Source: Intoshia linei
Taxonomy: Eukaryota; Animalia; Orthonectida
Reading direction: 5' to 3'
Length of the DNA stretch: 64,000 nt
Assembly: GCA_001642005.1 (NCBI GenBank)
Contig: LWCA01000052.1
Coordinates: 2,506 to 66,505, forward strand
The first letter of the stretch is position 1. Each line of letters opens with the position of its first letter. A program made the translations under genes and the position numbers. The notes beneath the pieces were generated by a model. It was not told the DNA's origin and did not search any database. It saw nothing but the letters and a program-made list of their open reading frames with translations. Of the stretch, positions 52,526 through 64,000 are shown in pieces.

Positions 52526-55172
52526 ATGAAAAATAGAAAAATAATGTCGGCCAAAGAAAGGTGCAAATTTTCAATGCCGGGTCAATACGTTCATGATGGT
52601 ATAGCGTACGCTCAACACATACCATTAAATTCAATTTTCGATATAGACAGGATGAATTTAACACAGGAAGATATAATCATAGCCACCTACCCTAAAGCTG
52701 GCACAGCTTTACTTAGTAATATAGTGACACTACTGTTGAAAAATAAAAATTCTCAGGATTTTGTTAGCAATGCCAAATCAAACATATTCGATGTTACGTA
52801 TCAAATAGAAATTGAATTGGATAAACAACGCAATGTGGACTTAATAAACAGCATTGAACCTCCTAGAGTTTTGAAATCTCATTTACAACCTGGTTACCTC
52901 GCTAACCAAATTGAAAACAATTCACCAAAGGTTATCTACGGAATCCGTAATGTGAAAGATACGATAGTTTCATTTTACCATTTTTACAAGGCCACCAAGT
53001 TACACGGACCTTTTAAAGGTGATTGCAAAAATATAAAAATTTTAAAATTACATTTTTTTAATAGGAAACTGGAATGAATGGTACGAGTTGTTTGAAGATC
53101 GAAAAGTTGTATTTGGAGATTATTTTGACCATGTTGTAAAGTGGTACAATTACTCTGTAGGAAAATCAAATATTTTGGTAGTAACTTATGAAGATATCGT
53201 TACAGATATGTCAGGTAGTGTAGCCAAAATCGCAAAATTTTTAGACATTTCAGTTAATCAGGATATCATTGCAAAGATTACCCAGGAATGCAATTTTGAC
53301 AATATGAAAAAAAATTTTTCAACAGGTTTACGCAAAAAGGCGGGGATAAAAAATTATTTTAAACAAAGGAAAATCGGAATCTGGAAAGTATATTTTAAAT
53401 TACATTCTCTCTACCATATCCAACATTTTTTGTGAGTCGTTTATAAATCGGGGAAATATACATTGGGTCTTTCGTATTTTAGAGCCAATAGTTTGAAGAT
53501 TTTATATCAACTTTATTGAAAAAATAAATATTATCGTAAAACCACTAAATTAAATTAAAATTTATTGTTTCTTAAATTAATCTCTATATTGCAACTAAAG
53601 ACATTGAAGCAAGCATAACTTTTTGCAAACAATTCGGTTTTTCTTATTTTAATTTATTTTATTTGTGAATAGGTCTAATCAGTTCACGTAAGATATGTCC
53701 ATTGTGCAACCGGCAGATGTTTTTTTCGAAAAAGGTGTGTATAGATGTTATAAATGCAGATGTTCAGCCCGTGCCGTGTAGCAAGGTATTATCGATAAGG
53801 AAGGATACATTTTTTGAAAAAAGTCATCTTACAATTGCTCAAATTGTGAGATTGATATATTTTTGGGCATATCAACTCTCTAGCCACACAACATTAGAAA
53901 GAGAATTAAAAATTTCTCGAAACACAGTTGTGGATTGCAAAAGTTTCACGCGAGATATTTGTATCTCAATGATGATGGAACACCCACAGAAGATTGGTGG
54001 GATTGGCATAGAAGTCCAAATTGATGAAAGCCAATTCTCCAAACGAAAAAACGTGGACAGGTATATCTTGAACAATGGATATTTGGAGGAATTGAAACAA
54101 ATTCCAAAAAATGTTTCATTGTGCCAGTAGAGAATCGTACGGCTGAAGTTTTAATTGGAATAATAATGTATGCTTATCTAAATTTATTTTAATGTCAACA
54201 ATTAGGAGATATATTGAACCAGAATCTATAATTATATCAGATGGATGGAGATCATATCACTCGATACGAATGAATGTATATAACCATGAGGTTGTCAATC
54301 ATTCCGAAAATTTTGTGAACTCTGTGACAGGTAAGCATACCAACAAAATTGAAGGTTTATGGGCAATACTAAAAAGAAGAAATAAAATTGGTAGGGACAT
54401 TAATTTTATATTTTTTATAGTCAATGTAGAATGTGGTACTTCCAGATTTTTATTGGATACTTATTTAATTGAATTTATGTGGCGAAGGAGGTTTAAAATA
54501 ATATCATAGATTCTCTGAAAATAGTCCATTTAAGAACGTAATAGATCATATTTCGTTATTATATCCTCAATAAAATCAATTTTATATTTCAATTCGTATA
54601 CAGATTGTTTTAATATAATTAACATTAATTATTTATTTTTTAATTCATTGATTAATGGTCATTCCTTTTTCTGCATTTTCTTGGTATTTGATTAAAAATT
54701 AAATTTATCAATACACAAGTATTATTTTTAGTATAAAATACGTCAAATATGAATTTTTATCTTGTCTATTTGTACACTAAAACTTTTGCCATCACTGATG
54801 TATATTGTTAACAAAGAAACAAACTTTATTGAAAAAATAAAGTTTATAAAAAAATCTTCAAACTATTGGCTCTAAAATACAAGACCCTATAAATTTTATA
54901 ATTTATTACCGGTCCGCCGAGAAAAAAGTGTGGGAACCCCTGTATTATATATGGTTCATGTCTCTATCTCACCAAATTCAGTTCAGTCAAAAATGTTTCT
55001 ATTCCCAAGTTGAAACTCCCACCATGACAAGTAGAGAGAATAGTGTCTATTTAATTTTTATCAAAAAATTTAAATTTTTTAGGAAACCATTTCAGTTAGC
55101 CAAAATGAAAAAATTGATAGAAGAATAAACAAAGAACTAGACAAAATTGATATAGAATTTGTATACGATTAA
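52526..55172 (+). CDS. Cytosolic sulfotransferase (SULT1-like), 3 exons
   Basis: DIIIATYPKAGT, PPRVLKSHL, KVIYGIRNVKDTIVSFYHF, FGDYFDHV, YEDI, KIGIWK. Last exon 55083-55172 ETISVSQNEKID...EFVYD* lies beyond a Merlin-containing intron. Confidence 0.9.
53465..54887 (+). mobile_element. Merlin (IS1016/ISXO2-like DDE) transposon in the SULT intron
   Basis: ~38-bp TIRs GGGTCT..TATTTTAGAGCCAATAGTTTGAAGATTTT and 8-bp TSD tatacatt/tataaatt. Motifs CPLC, VQIDES, WIFGGIE, IISDGWRSY, VNHSENFV, HTNKIEGLW, YLIEFMWRR. Frameshifted. Confidence 0.9.
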
Positions 55173-55566
55173 CTAAAATAAACTTAAATTAGTTTTAATG
55201 ATACTTGATTACAGTTGATGGGGATATTTGATGTTTTGGCGGTTATTTTAAATGTAAAATTTACTTGTAAATGACTAATTAATTATGCCGTTGATGATAC
55301 CTTGTAAGTCCGCATCTAATATAACGCTGCCATGAATCTGGTGAAATTTTTTTTTATTTTATCCTATTCATCAACACAAACCGATGAAATAGTGAAACTA
55401 ATAAACATAAACTAAACTTTATTCTCAATTCAACTTTGTTTCAATCTTAATATATTTGTAATCTTGAAGATGAAATACTTTAGAACAAATAAATAACAAA
55501 ATTCAGATCAAATTGTTGTATTGACTATAAACTACTTGATATCAGTATAAATTACTGAATAAAAGA

Positions 55567-58500
55567 ATGAGTACAATTTTTTCCTTCATCAGATCAGTCG
55601 ATTTGAGCAGCAATTGTTTCCACGATTCTAATCAGATTAATGATGTAATTAAAGTAGTTTCTGGAGTAAGAAACTTGTCAATAAATAAATCATGTATTCA
55701 AAAATTACCCGAGAATTTTCATATTCTTGAAAATTTGGAAACCTTACATTTATCCTACAACGATTTGGAATTTTTAGGTGACTGCCTATCAAAATTGAAA
55801 AATTTGCAAACCTTTGTTTGCAGACACAACAAAATTTCAAATTATAGTTTCCCATCCTCTTTTTTTCAATTGGAAAACTTGACAGTTTTGGATTTAGCAT
55901 ACAATACTCTGGGTTAGTTTTATTTCTCTAATTTTAAGCATTATTAATTTAATTTTTATTAGAATCTATTCCTGACGACCTAGATTCAGCAAAAAATCTT
56001 ATCTCATTGAATTTGAGCCATAATAAACTGACATGTATACCCAACCAACTTTTTATAAATTTGACAGACATTTTGTTTTTGGACATTAGTCACAATTCAA
56101 TTGAAACTATGCCGCCTCAATTGAGGAGATTGACTAGAATAAAAGTTTTAAAATTAAACAATAACCCCCTTATTCATGCTCATTTGAAATCATTAACACT
56201 TTTGACCAACTTGGAATCTCTAAACATTTCAGATACTAAAAGAACCCTCAATACTGTTCCCGCGGGGCTAGTAAATTTGAAAAATATGCAAGATTTTGAT
56301 TTATCTTGCAATGATTTACAACTTATTCCCACTGATGTCTATGAACTTTACAATATCAAACGATTACACATTAATGATAATAAAATTTTTGAAATTTCGT
56401 CTGAATTAGACGGATGGGCTAATATTTCTATTCTCAATCTATCCAGAAACAAACTCAAAAGTATTCCAACCAGTATTTCTAAATTAAAAGGCTTAACGCA
56501 TCTCTACTTAAACGAAAATCTTCTCACGTTTGATGGGATTCCAGGTTTAAATATTGTGTATTTTATTTCAATTTTTATCTAGGTTCAATTGGAAAACTAA
56601 CATCCTTAAAGGTTCTCAGCTTGATTGCAAATCAATTAAAAATTTTAACTGAAGGAGTTTCGAGGTGCACAAAACTTGAAGAATTATTTTTAACTGACAA
56701 TTCTCTGGTTACGTTACCAGATTCCATTTATTTTTTGAGAAATTTGAAAATTCTTGAAACCTCAAATAATCCAAATTTAGTTATGCCAGAAAAACCGAAA
56801 GCAGTCATCGATCCGGCTAAGCAATTGGGAATTGACTTTTCTTTGGAATATCAGCTTGATAAATGCGCTCCTTTATTAAAAGAAAGGTTTAGAAAAAATT
56901 CTGTCAAGCAACATGACAGGTTCAATCGTCGTATTAGAATGCACCAAGGATGGGAGAAACGTGCTGATACGAAATGTGTATTAGATGGAATGAGAAAGAT
57001 TGCTGATATTACATTATCCGAAACAGAAAGTTATATTGAAAACGGCAACCATAATATTAAGACATGGACCGATGGACTCAAAAAACCAAATTTAAATTAC
57101 AATGAACTCTTTTCTGATAACACTGGAGTTGAAGTTGGGGTATTTATTCAGTTTCTTTTGTGTGTATTTATATTGGTGATAATTGTGATCAAATTTTAAG
57201 AGGTTTTTTATGTTTTTAGGAAAAAGTAAATTTGATGAATTGCGACAGTTTGTTTATTATTAAAATAATTGAAGTTAGGGTTATTTCAGAAAAAATAAAA
57301 TAAATAATAATCGAAAACCATCAGTGATATCAAAAATATTTTTGCCCTACAAACACAAACAGGGCCGTGGAGAACCAGCAGTAGGTCCGGGTTAGATGGA
57401 AATTATAGGCCCCTATTCAGTGTTTAATCGATCTTTCATTATCTAAAAATTAAAAATAACCGTTGGAAACCGCATTGGTTATCGAATTTTTGGTATACTT
57501 AAGAAATTTCCAATATTACCTATTAATACATTAAAAACGTAGGTCCCTCATGCTTGTAGACACGGACTATATGGCCCCTAGTCCCTCTCCACTGTCCTGA
57601 TCACAAATGTTTATGATTATAAAAAAAATTTATTTTTAAAAACAAAAATCATGGTTTTTATTTGAAAATTTTATCGCTTTTGATGTCGTAAATTACGACT
57701 CCCAATGTTCTGATGTGAAGAATAGATTTTTATATTTTTAACAAAATTTTCTGATATTATACAACTTACTTCAAATTTTTGGATTTTTATATGGAATTAT
57801 GGAATATGAAGGAATTTTTAATATTGTAAATTAATGAATTGATTATTTTTTATTTTACACCTAGATTCTATACATAATATGTATTACATATATGATTATT
57901 TTAGAATAAATGTGTCAATTATGGAATGTGGCGTTATGATATAAATTTTTATTTTTATAACATAATTTTTTACAAAATTGTACCTGTACTTTTTAAACAG
58001 TTTTTATATATTTTCATGATTACAATTTTAACATTAGTTTTATACACTTATTCCATTATTATTGTTTCTTATTTCATTTTATTAATTAAAATTATTATTA
58101 ATTAATTAAAACTGAGTTTAATTATGGTTTAAGTAAAGATTTTTTTTGCGACTTGCGTAATAATTTTTTTCACATTTACCCCCTTAAACAAATTTAGTCT
58201 GACCCCCTAATTCTAGAACAGGATTCAGCAACCAGTGACCTACAGAATAATGTTGGTGGCTCTTTGAATAAATGTGTAAATTATTTATTTTTAAACTTTT
58301 AAACACAGTTTTAAACATTTTCTACTATAATTGACTCATTATATACTAGAGCCATTTCTCGTCAGTTATAATTGAAATATAGCATGTGTAAAATTCAAAA
58401 ACGGGGCCGGTATAATTTTTGGTATAAAAAAATGGCCCGAGATTCACTAGGTTGCCGATCTCTTTAATTTAAATTTTAAATAAAATATTTTGAAAATGAG

Positions 58501-61500
58501 AATTTGAGAAATAAAAAAATCCCGAAGGAATCAATTATATAGATTTCCACCCATATTTATTTATTGGAAATGTGTAGACGTTCAAAGCACTTTTTTTTTG
58601 AAATTGTAAGATTATTTTACTTTTTCATTTTTAATTTTAATCGAACATTTGAAAAATATTGGTTGATAATATATTAAAAATTATTTTTCATCTTGGGCAT
58701 GCATAGACTTCTGGGGCTGAAATTTTGTATTTATATCAAATGGAATAAGCTCTATCAGAATATTTTTAATTTTAGGACCATTAATTATTTCAAATTTTAT
58801 GTTAATAAAATAGTTTCCAAATAAAAAAAGAAAGAATATTAAATTATTTTTCGGATCGTGAAGGCGTCACTTATTCAAATTAAAAATCTTTATGTGTCTT
58901 AACAGGATACAACTGTACCATCTGTAATTTTTTTAAAAGCTAGGGCTGTTTTCATTTATAAAAAAATGGTAATGTGGGGTTTTGACAGTGAAAATTATTT
59001 TTTTTTAGGTTTCCATTTATAATAATGTTTATAATTTTAATAACTATACCAAAATTTATGTTTAAATACATTTTAAAACAAAGGATAATTTATGGATTTG
59101 ACCATGAATGTATGCGTTTCTGAGTCTGAAATTAACGACAATGTTAATGATTTTAAAATGCGTCCCAGAGTATGTTTCATTACATTTTTGGGCTGATTTT
59201 TTTTTAAACAAAATCGATTTCTTAAGTTCTACGACTGTCAATTTTTTAAATAAACGGTAACAGACACATTCATTTTTATATAAGTAAAGGATAATATAAT
59301 TTATTTTTTATTTACATCGAAAATCAGCGACATAAATTTTATGTTTTGAATTTTATACGTTTTGTGAACGAAGTACTTTTACTAAAATTTGAAAAAAATA
59401 CTTACTGAGTTTTTATTTTGTAAAACTAAATACTTACATTATGATTAGTAACTTTATAACATTCAAATTTTTTATATATGTTAATTGGAATAAGGTGCAT
59501 TAAATGTCATGTTTTTTAAAATTTTAGGACTTTTCACTTTTTACTTTTGAACTTTTTAAAATAATGTGTAATGGTTTTGGCTGTCCAGATATAAGCTTTT
59601 GAGGTTGAAATTTAAGATAATTCTATACTAATTTTATTTAAAAAAAAGGATAATTTGTGTTTTTGACCCTGAAGGACTCAATTTCTGCAAATAAAATTTA
59701 CGATAATACCTTAATCTCAAAAAATTATATTAGAAATTGTTAATTTTAAAACTCTACATCTTTTACTTTATTTAATAAATTGGAACAACCAACATGCATT
59801 TTTAACTAAATTACATTATGTAGCAAGGGGTTTTAAAGTTTTAGAATGATTGTGATTGGGAAAATGTTACAATGTATTTTATTTTATATAATATATAATA
59901 TTTTTTATTATTTAGCTCAGTTTATGGGAAATTGATCAATTTTTACCTGTTGAAATGGAATTGGAAGATATTGGAATATTTTACCTATCTGATTGCTATA
60001 TTATACTTTCATCTACACGTAACGCGACCTCAAGGAACCTAGATTACAATATATACTATCTGATTGGACCTGATTGTAGTATAGATAAAGCTACATGTGC
60101 TGCAATGCACGCTGTAAATTTGAGAAATATGATTTCTGCTCAATGCAGAACTGTTAGAGAAGAAATGCAAGAAGAATCAGATGAATTTTTAATGTTATTT
60201 CCGCATGGGCTTCAATATTTACCTGGAGCTCACTCATCTAGCGGTCTCTTTACATTATATGATCCGATCAAAGAACACCACTTTTTTGCCGTTACAAAAG
60301 ATGACGTCCAGACTAGACCAAAATATTACCTTATACCTTACCCTTACTGCTACAAATCATTATCCTCGTCGTCCATATATATTTTAATTAGTAACGACAA
60401 AATTATGCTGTGGATTGGAGAAAATGTACCTACTCCTCACAAAATACAGGTATTTTATTTTAAAGCATTTCATTATTTTTTTAACTTTTTGAACTGGTTC
60501 CCGATAAAGGCTTGAAATTGTGGACCCCTGAAATGTATACCCGTTGATAATCTCTAGATTTCATTGTACTATAAAGACATACAGAAAAATAAAATATTTG
60601 TTAAAATTATTTAAGTTTTTTTATTTTTGATGATAACATTTTTCATTTTAATGCATTTGTGCACAAAATGCGGTACACGGACCGCATGCGACCCATTTAC
60701 CGATTATGTGCGGTCCAGTAAAAAAAATTTTAAAAAATATTTCTTTTTGTTACTACCCAATTATGTTTTAATTGCTGAATTTAATAAAATTAAGAGAAGA
60801 AATTAGGAAATTTAATAGGAATGACAGGGTAAACATTTTGTATATAAGAATATTTCTAATAATATTACAGCCCATCTCTCCATACTTAATTAAATTTCAT
60901 TGAAATGCGCTTTATATTCATTTTCATAGTGTTGATGTATAAAAATGTTCATTTGTGTATTAAAATTATGATTAATTTCGTATATGCCTAATATGTACTT
61001 ACATTATAATACAATATTAAAAGACTTATTTTTCAACATACGTTTGTTCAAACGAAAAAGGTTCTGCAACATTTTTAAAAGTATTGGTTAATAAAAGGGT
61101 AAAAAGTGTTTTTGAGATTGAAAATGCTGAAACTGCATTATACATTTCGTATAAAATGTAATTTGTGTTTTATAATTTCTAGGGCTTTTAAATAATCTAA
61201 CACAGAGTTGAGATTTGATGTAAGAAATCCTTACTGAGGATATAGGAGTATATGTACAACCTTAAAATTTTATTTTAGACAAAATTACTTGTAACATCGA
61301 TATGTAACACTGATTATCAAAAAAAACCAAAAATTGTTGAATTTGAAAGAAATCATGAACCTAGTGATTTTATGAATAAATTTCACTCAAATTGTAATGA
61401 GTGCAACAATACTCTCGAAACATCTCATAGTCACAATAAACGGTTTCCAATTTTATACACAGTTGAAATGGGTTCTGGGTATTTACAACTCATCCAAATT

Positions 61501-63161
61501 GCACCGATCTACGGGATTGGCTACGAACAAAATTGTTTAAAAACCGATAGAGTGTATGTTATGGATACTTTTTACACGGTCTCTGTTTGGTTTGGCCGTA
61601 AATCATCCAGATTAGTACGTTCCGCAGCGCTAAAAATGTCTAATGAAATTATGAATTTAATAAAACGACCAAAACATGCAATTCATTTGACATTTATGGA
61701 AGGAAAAGAAAAGTATATTTTTAGGTGTAATTTTTATAAATGGGATAATATTGATACAGTAAACTATTCAAAAACCAAACATGTTTTAAATAGCAAATCA
61801 AACATATCTGTCGATAGAATTGAAAAAAAAGAAAAAAATTCTGACATGTCTGCGTTATTCCGTAAAAGATGCAACGCTGAAGATTACCCTGAAATGTTTA
61901 ACAGTGAATGGAACATTGACTTTGATAGAATGTACTTTTTGGTTTATGAAAAACGGACTTTTGTTAAACTACCCCAAAAGGAAGTTGGTCAATTTTATTC
62001 CAAAAATTGTTATGTAATTATGACATATTATACTTATTTGGTGGAATCAGTTAATTCGGGAGTTGAATCATCTGAAACTTTAAAAAAAAGTGAAACTGAC
62101 GAGTCAAATGAACAAACTTGTCATGTGTATTTTTGGCAAGGCCGAGATGCTGGAAACACGGAATGGATTAGTTTTTCTTTGTCTTTGAAAAAACGGTTAT
62201 CTAAAAGTTTAAATCATGAAGTTGTGTTCCAGAGAGTCTACCAACAGCAAGAGGATGTTAATTTTCTCGGAAATTTTCCAAATGGTATCATTATTAAATC
62301 TGGAGATCGGAAAGATACTAATTATATCAATCAGTGTCATTCGTTCCAATGTAGATTTGTTGGTTCTTCAAATTTAAAAAGATGTGTTGAAGTATCCTGA
62401 TAATTTTTTTAAAAAGTGTATATGTAGATATTTAGATTCAAATTGACTCAAATTGTTTCAATTCTCATTTTGTGTAATATTTCTTTACAATTACAAGTAA
62501 AATTTCTTTTTAGTTATATTATTTATATCGCTTCCGAATTTGAAAAAAAGTGCATAATTTGGGAAGGATCTGAAGCAAGTAAAATTCTCCTAAATTTGGC
62601 ACAAAATGCTGGACAATACTTTAATGTAAACTGTCATTTTATTCAACCTTAAATTATCTTTTAGACTAACGTGACAATTATTTCTGAAACCAACCAACCT
62701 CACTTTCTCAATAATTTGTACAATAAACAAATTGACGTCTCGAATGTATGCAATATAAGTATTATTAACTATTTTATACATTTAGTACGCTTTTATAGAC
62801 AATACACGTTTATTTCGCTGTTCATTTGAGAAAGGGTATTTTACAGTATCTGAAAAATTTATAGATTTTTGCCAGGTAATTTAATTTTTCGTTTCATAAT
62901 TTCATTTAGGATGATTTGAATGAAGAAGATGTCATGTTATTGGATAATGGACAACAAATTTACGTTTGGATTGGAAATGATTCTAGCGATATAGAACTGA
63001 CATGTGCTCTAAGATCATCCAAATTGTATAGAGAATATATAACGATGGAAAACGAACAAGATACCAGAATAATTAGATTAGCATCCCATGATAACCCACC
63101 TGTAGAATTTACCCAATGCTTCCTAGGCTGGAGTCATTATACCACCACAGTAAGAGATTGA
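55567..63161 (+). CDS. FLII: Flightless-I (N-terminal LRRs + gelsolin repeats), multi-exon
   Basis: [64 protein letters not shown]. Gelsolin repeats [60 protein letters not shown]. Confidence 0.95.
57360..57599. mobile_element. hAT MITE in an FLII intron
   Basis: TIRs CAGGGCCGTGGAGA / TCTCCACTGTCCTG, TSD aacacaaa/atcacaaa. Confidence 0.75.
58460..59291 (-). repeat. Inverted copy of the Helitron-like family in an FLII intron
   Basis: Reverse complement of blocks in 146-590 and 5040-5920. The minus-strand 5' end reads A|TCCTTTACTTATATAA. Confidence 0.65.
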
Positions 63162-63179
63162 TTAAATTAATAAATGTAT

Positions 63180-63467
63180 TTAAATATTTTTTTCAATGTT
63201 TTCTATACATGTTTTGGTTAAACTCCAGAGGTGATTGGTTAATGATTCATAATCTTTATAGTATTGGCTATCAAATGTAAATATTTCACGTATATATTTC
63301 ATAATTTCTTCCTACATTGAAATAAACATTTATATAATATTTCGAACTTTGAAGCAAATACATAAGGTGTGTATTTTCGAATTTGTCGGTCCAAAGAAAC
63401 CCCAAGCTAAAGTTGGCGAAATTATTTCACAAATGTCGTAGTATTTGCTGAAGAATCCATCTTGAAC
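63180..63467 (-). CDS. MIGA: Mitoguardin (FAM73) last two exons; the gene continues beyond the window
   Basis: VQDGFFSKYYDICEIISPTLAWGFFGP...LCICFK|EEIMKYIREIF matches the MIGA C-terminal pattern (DGF..FY...E..SP.LA.GF.GP). Confidence 0.78.
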
Positions 63468-63566
63468 CTGAAAATTGAATTAATATACATTATTGTCTAT
63501 TGAAGCCATTTTAAGCGTGTAGATATAATTCTGGGATAATTTTATTGAAAAACGACTACATTGTAG

Positions 63567-64000
63567 TCCTCACTTATATAATATGCGACGCGATTTTTGT
63601 TTGTGTGTGTGTCTGACTTTAATGAAATAACTAGACCTCTTAGATTTTTTTAAAGACCACATTTCAATTACAGTTTTTTTCTGGGACGTATTAATAGATA
63701 AATTTAAACCTCCCAATTTCACATCTTAAGGATCAAAAACCCCTGTTGTCCCTCTTTTTGAAAAACAAACGAGTTGGAGAATTTAAAAAAATATATACGC
63801 TGATGCGGATTTTAAAATCATGAACATTATCATAATTTTAAAAAAATTATATCTTCATGGCCAAAACCACAAATTCCCTTCCTTATTTTTTAAAACAGCC
63901 CTAGAATTTAAAAAAATTTACAGGTGGTTCAGTTGTATCATGTTACCACACATAAAAAATTTCAATCCGAATAAGTGACGACTTCACGGTCAAAAAAGCA
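63567..64000 (+). repeat. 5' part of a Helitron-like family copy in a MIGA intron
   Basis: TCCTCACTTATATAATATGC...GTTTGTGTGTGTG followed by the same internal blocks as 146-400. Confidence 0.65.

Noticed and set aside
53702-54509. Bacterial IS1595 contamination or recent horizontal transfer
   Set aside because: Has spliceosomal-type introns, host-like base composition and a TSD within a host intron; consistent with a eukaryotic Merlin element.

Overview
AT-rich eukaryotic genomic DNA from an animal (TEAD, Flightless-I, mitoguardin, radial spoke head protein). It is gene-dense, with two intron size classes: mostly 36-45 nt GT-AG introns, plus a few kb-sized introns filled with transposons. The style suggests a highly compacted invertebrate genome such as an orthonectid, but that is inference only. 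Genes reconstructed by hand across introns, in order: VPS10/sortilin-like receptor (-), G6PD (-, C-terminal third not found), mitochondrial Met-tRNA formyltransferase (-), RCC1 (+), RTEL1 (+), RSPH4/6 (-), GALE (-), an orphan acidic ORF plus BH3-motif exons (+), SAE1 (-), SRP14 (+), an orphan membrane protein (+), TEAD/Scalloped (-), a cytosolic sulfotransferase (+), Flightless-I (+), and the 3' end of mitoguardin (-). Mobile DNA includes a ~1.1 kb Helitron-like family, many hAT MITEs, degenerate hAT, Tc1 and Merlin transposases, and a Mutator-like MITE, often nested. The best novel candidate is at 28560-33431: a phase-compatible splice joins an acidic, LIR-rich ORF to a BAD-like RSxSxP + BH3 exon and a hydrophobic tail, suggesting an undescribed BH3-only protein or mitophagy receptor. 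Also notable are a TEAD locus that seems to repeat part of its YAP-binding domain, the truncated G6PD, and an intron-containing Merlin transposase. All homology calls come from motifs I recognise, not from database searches.
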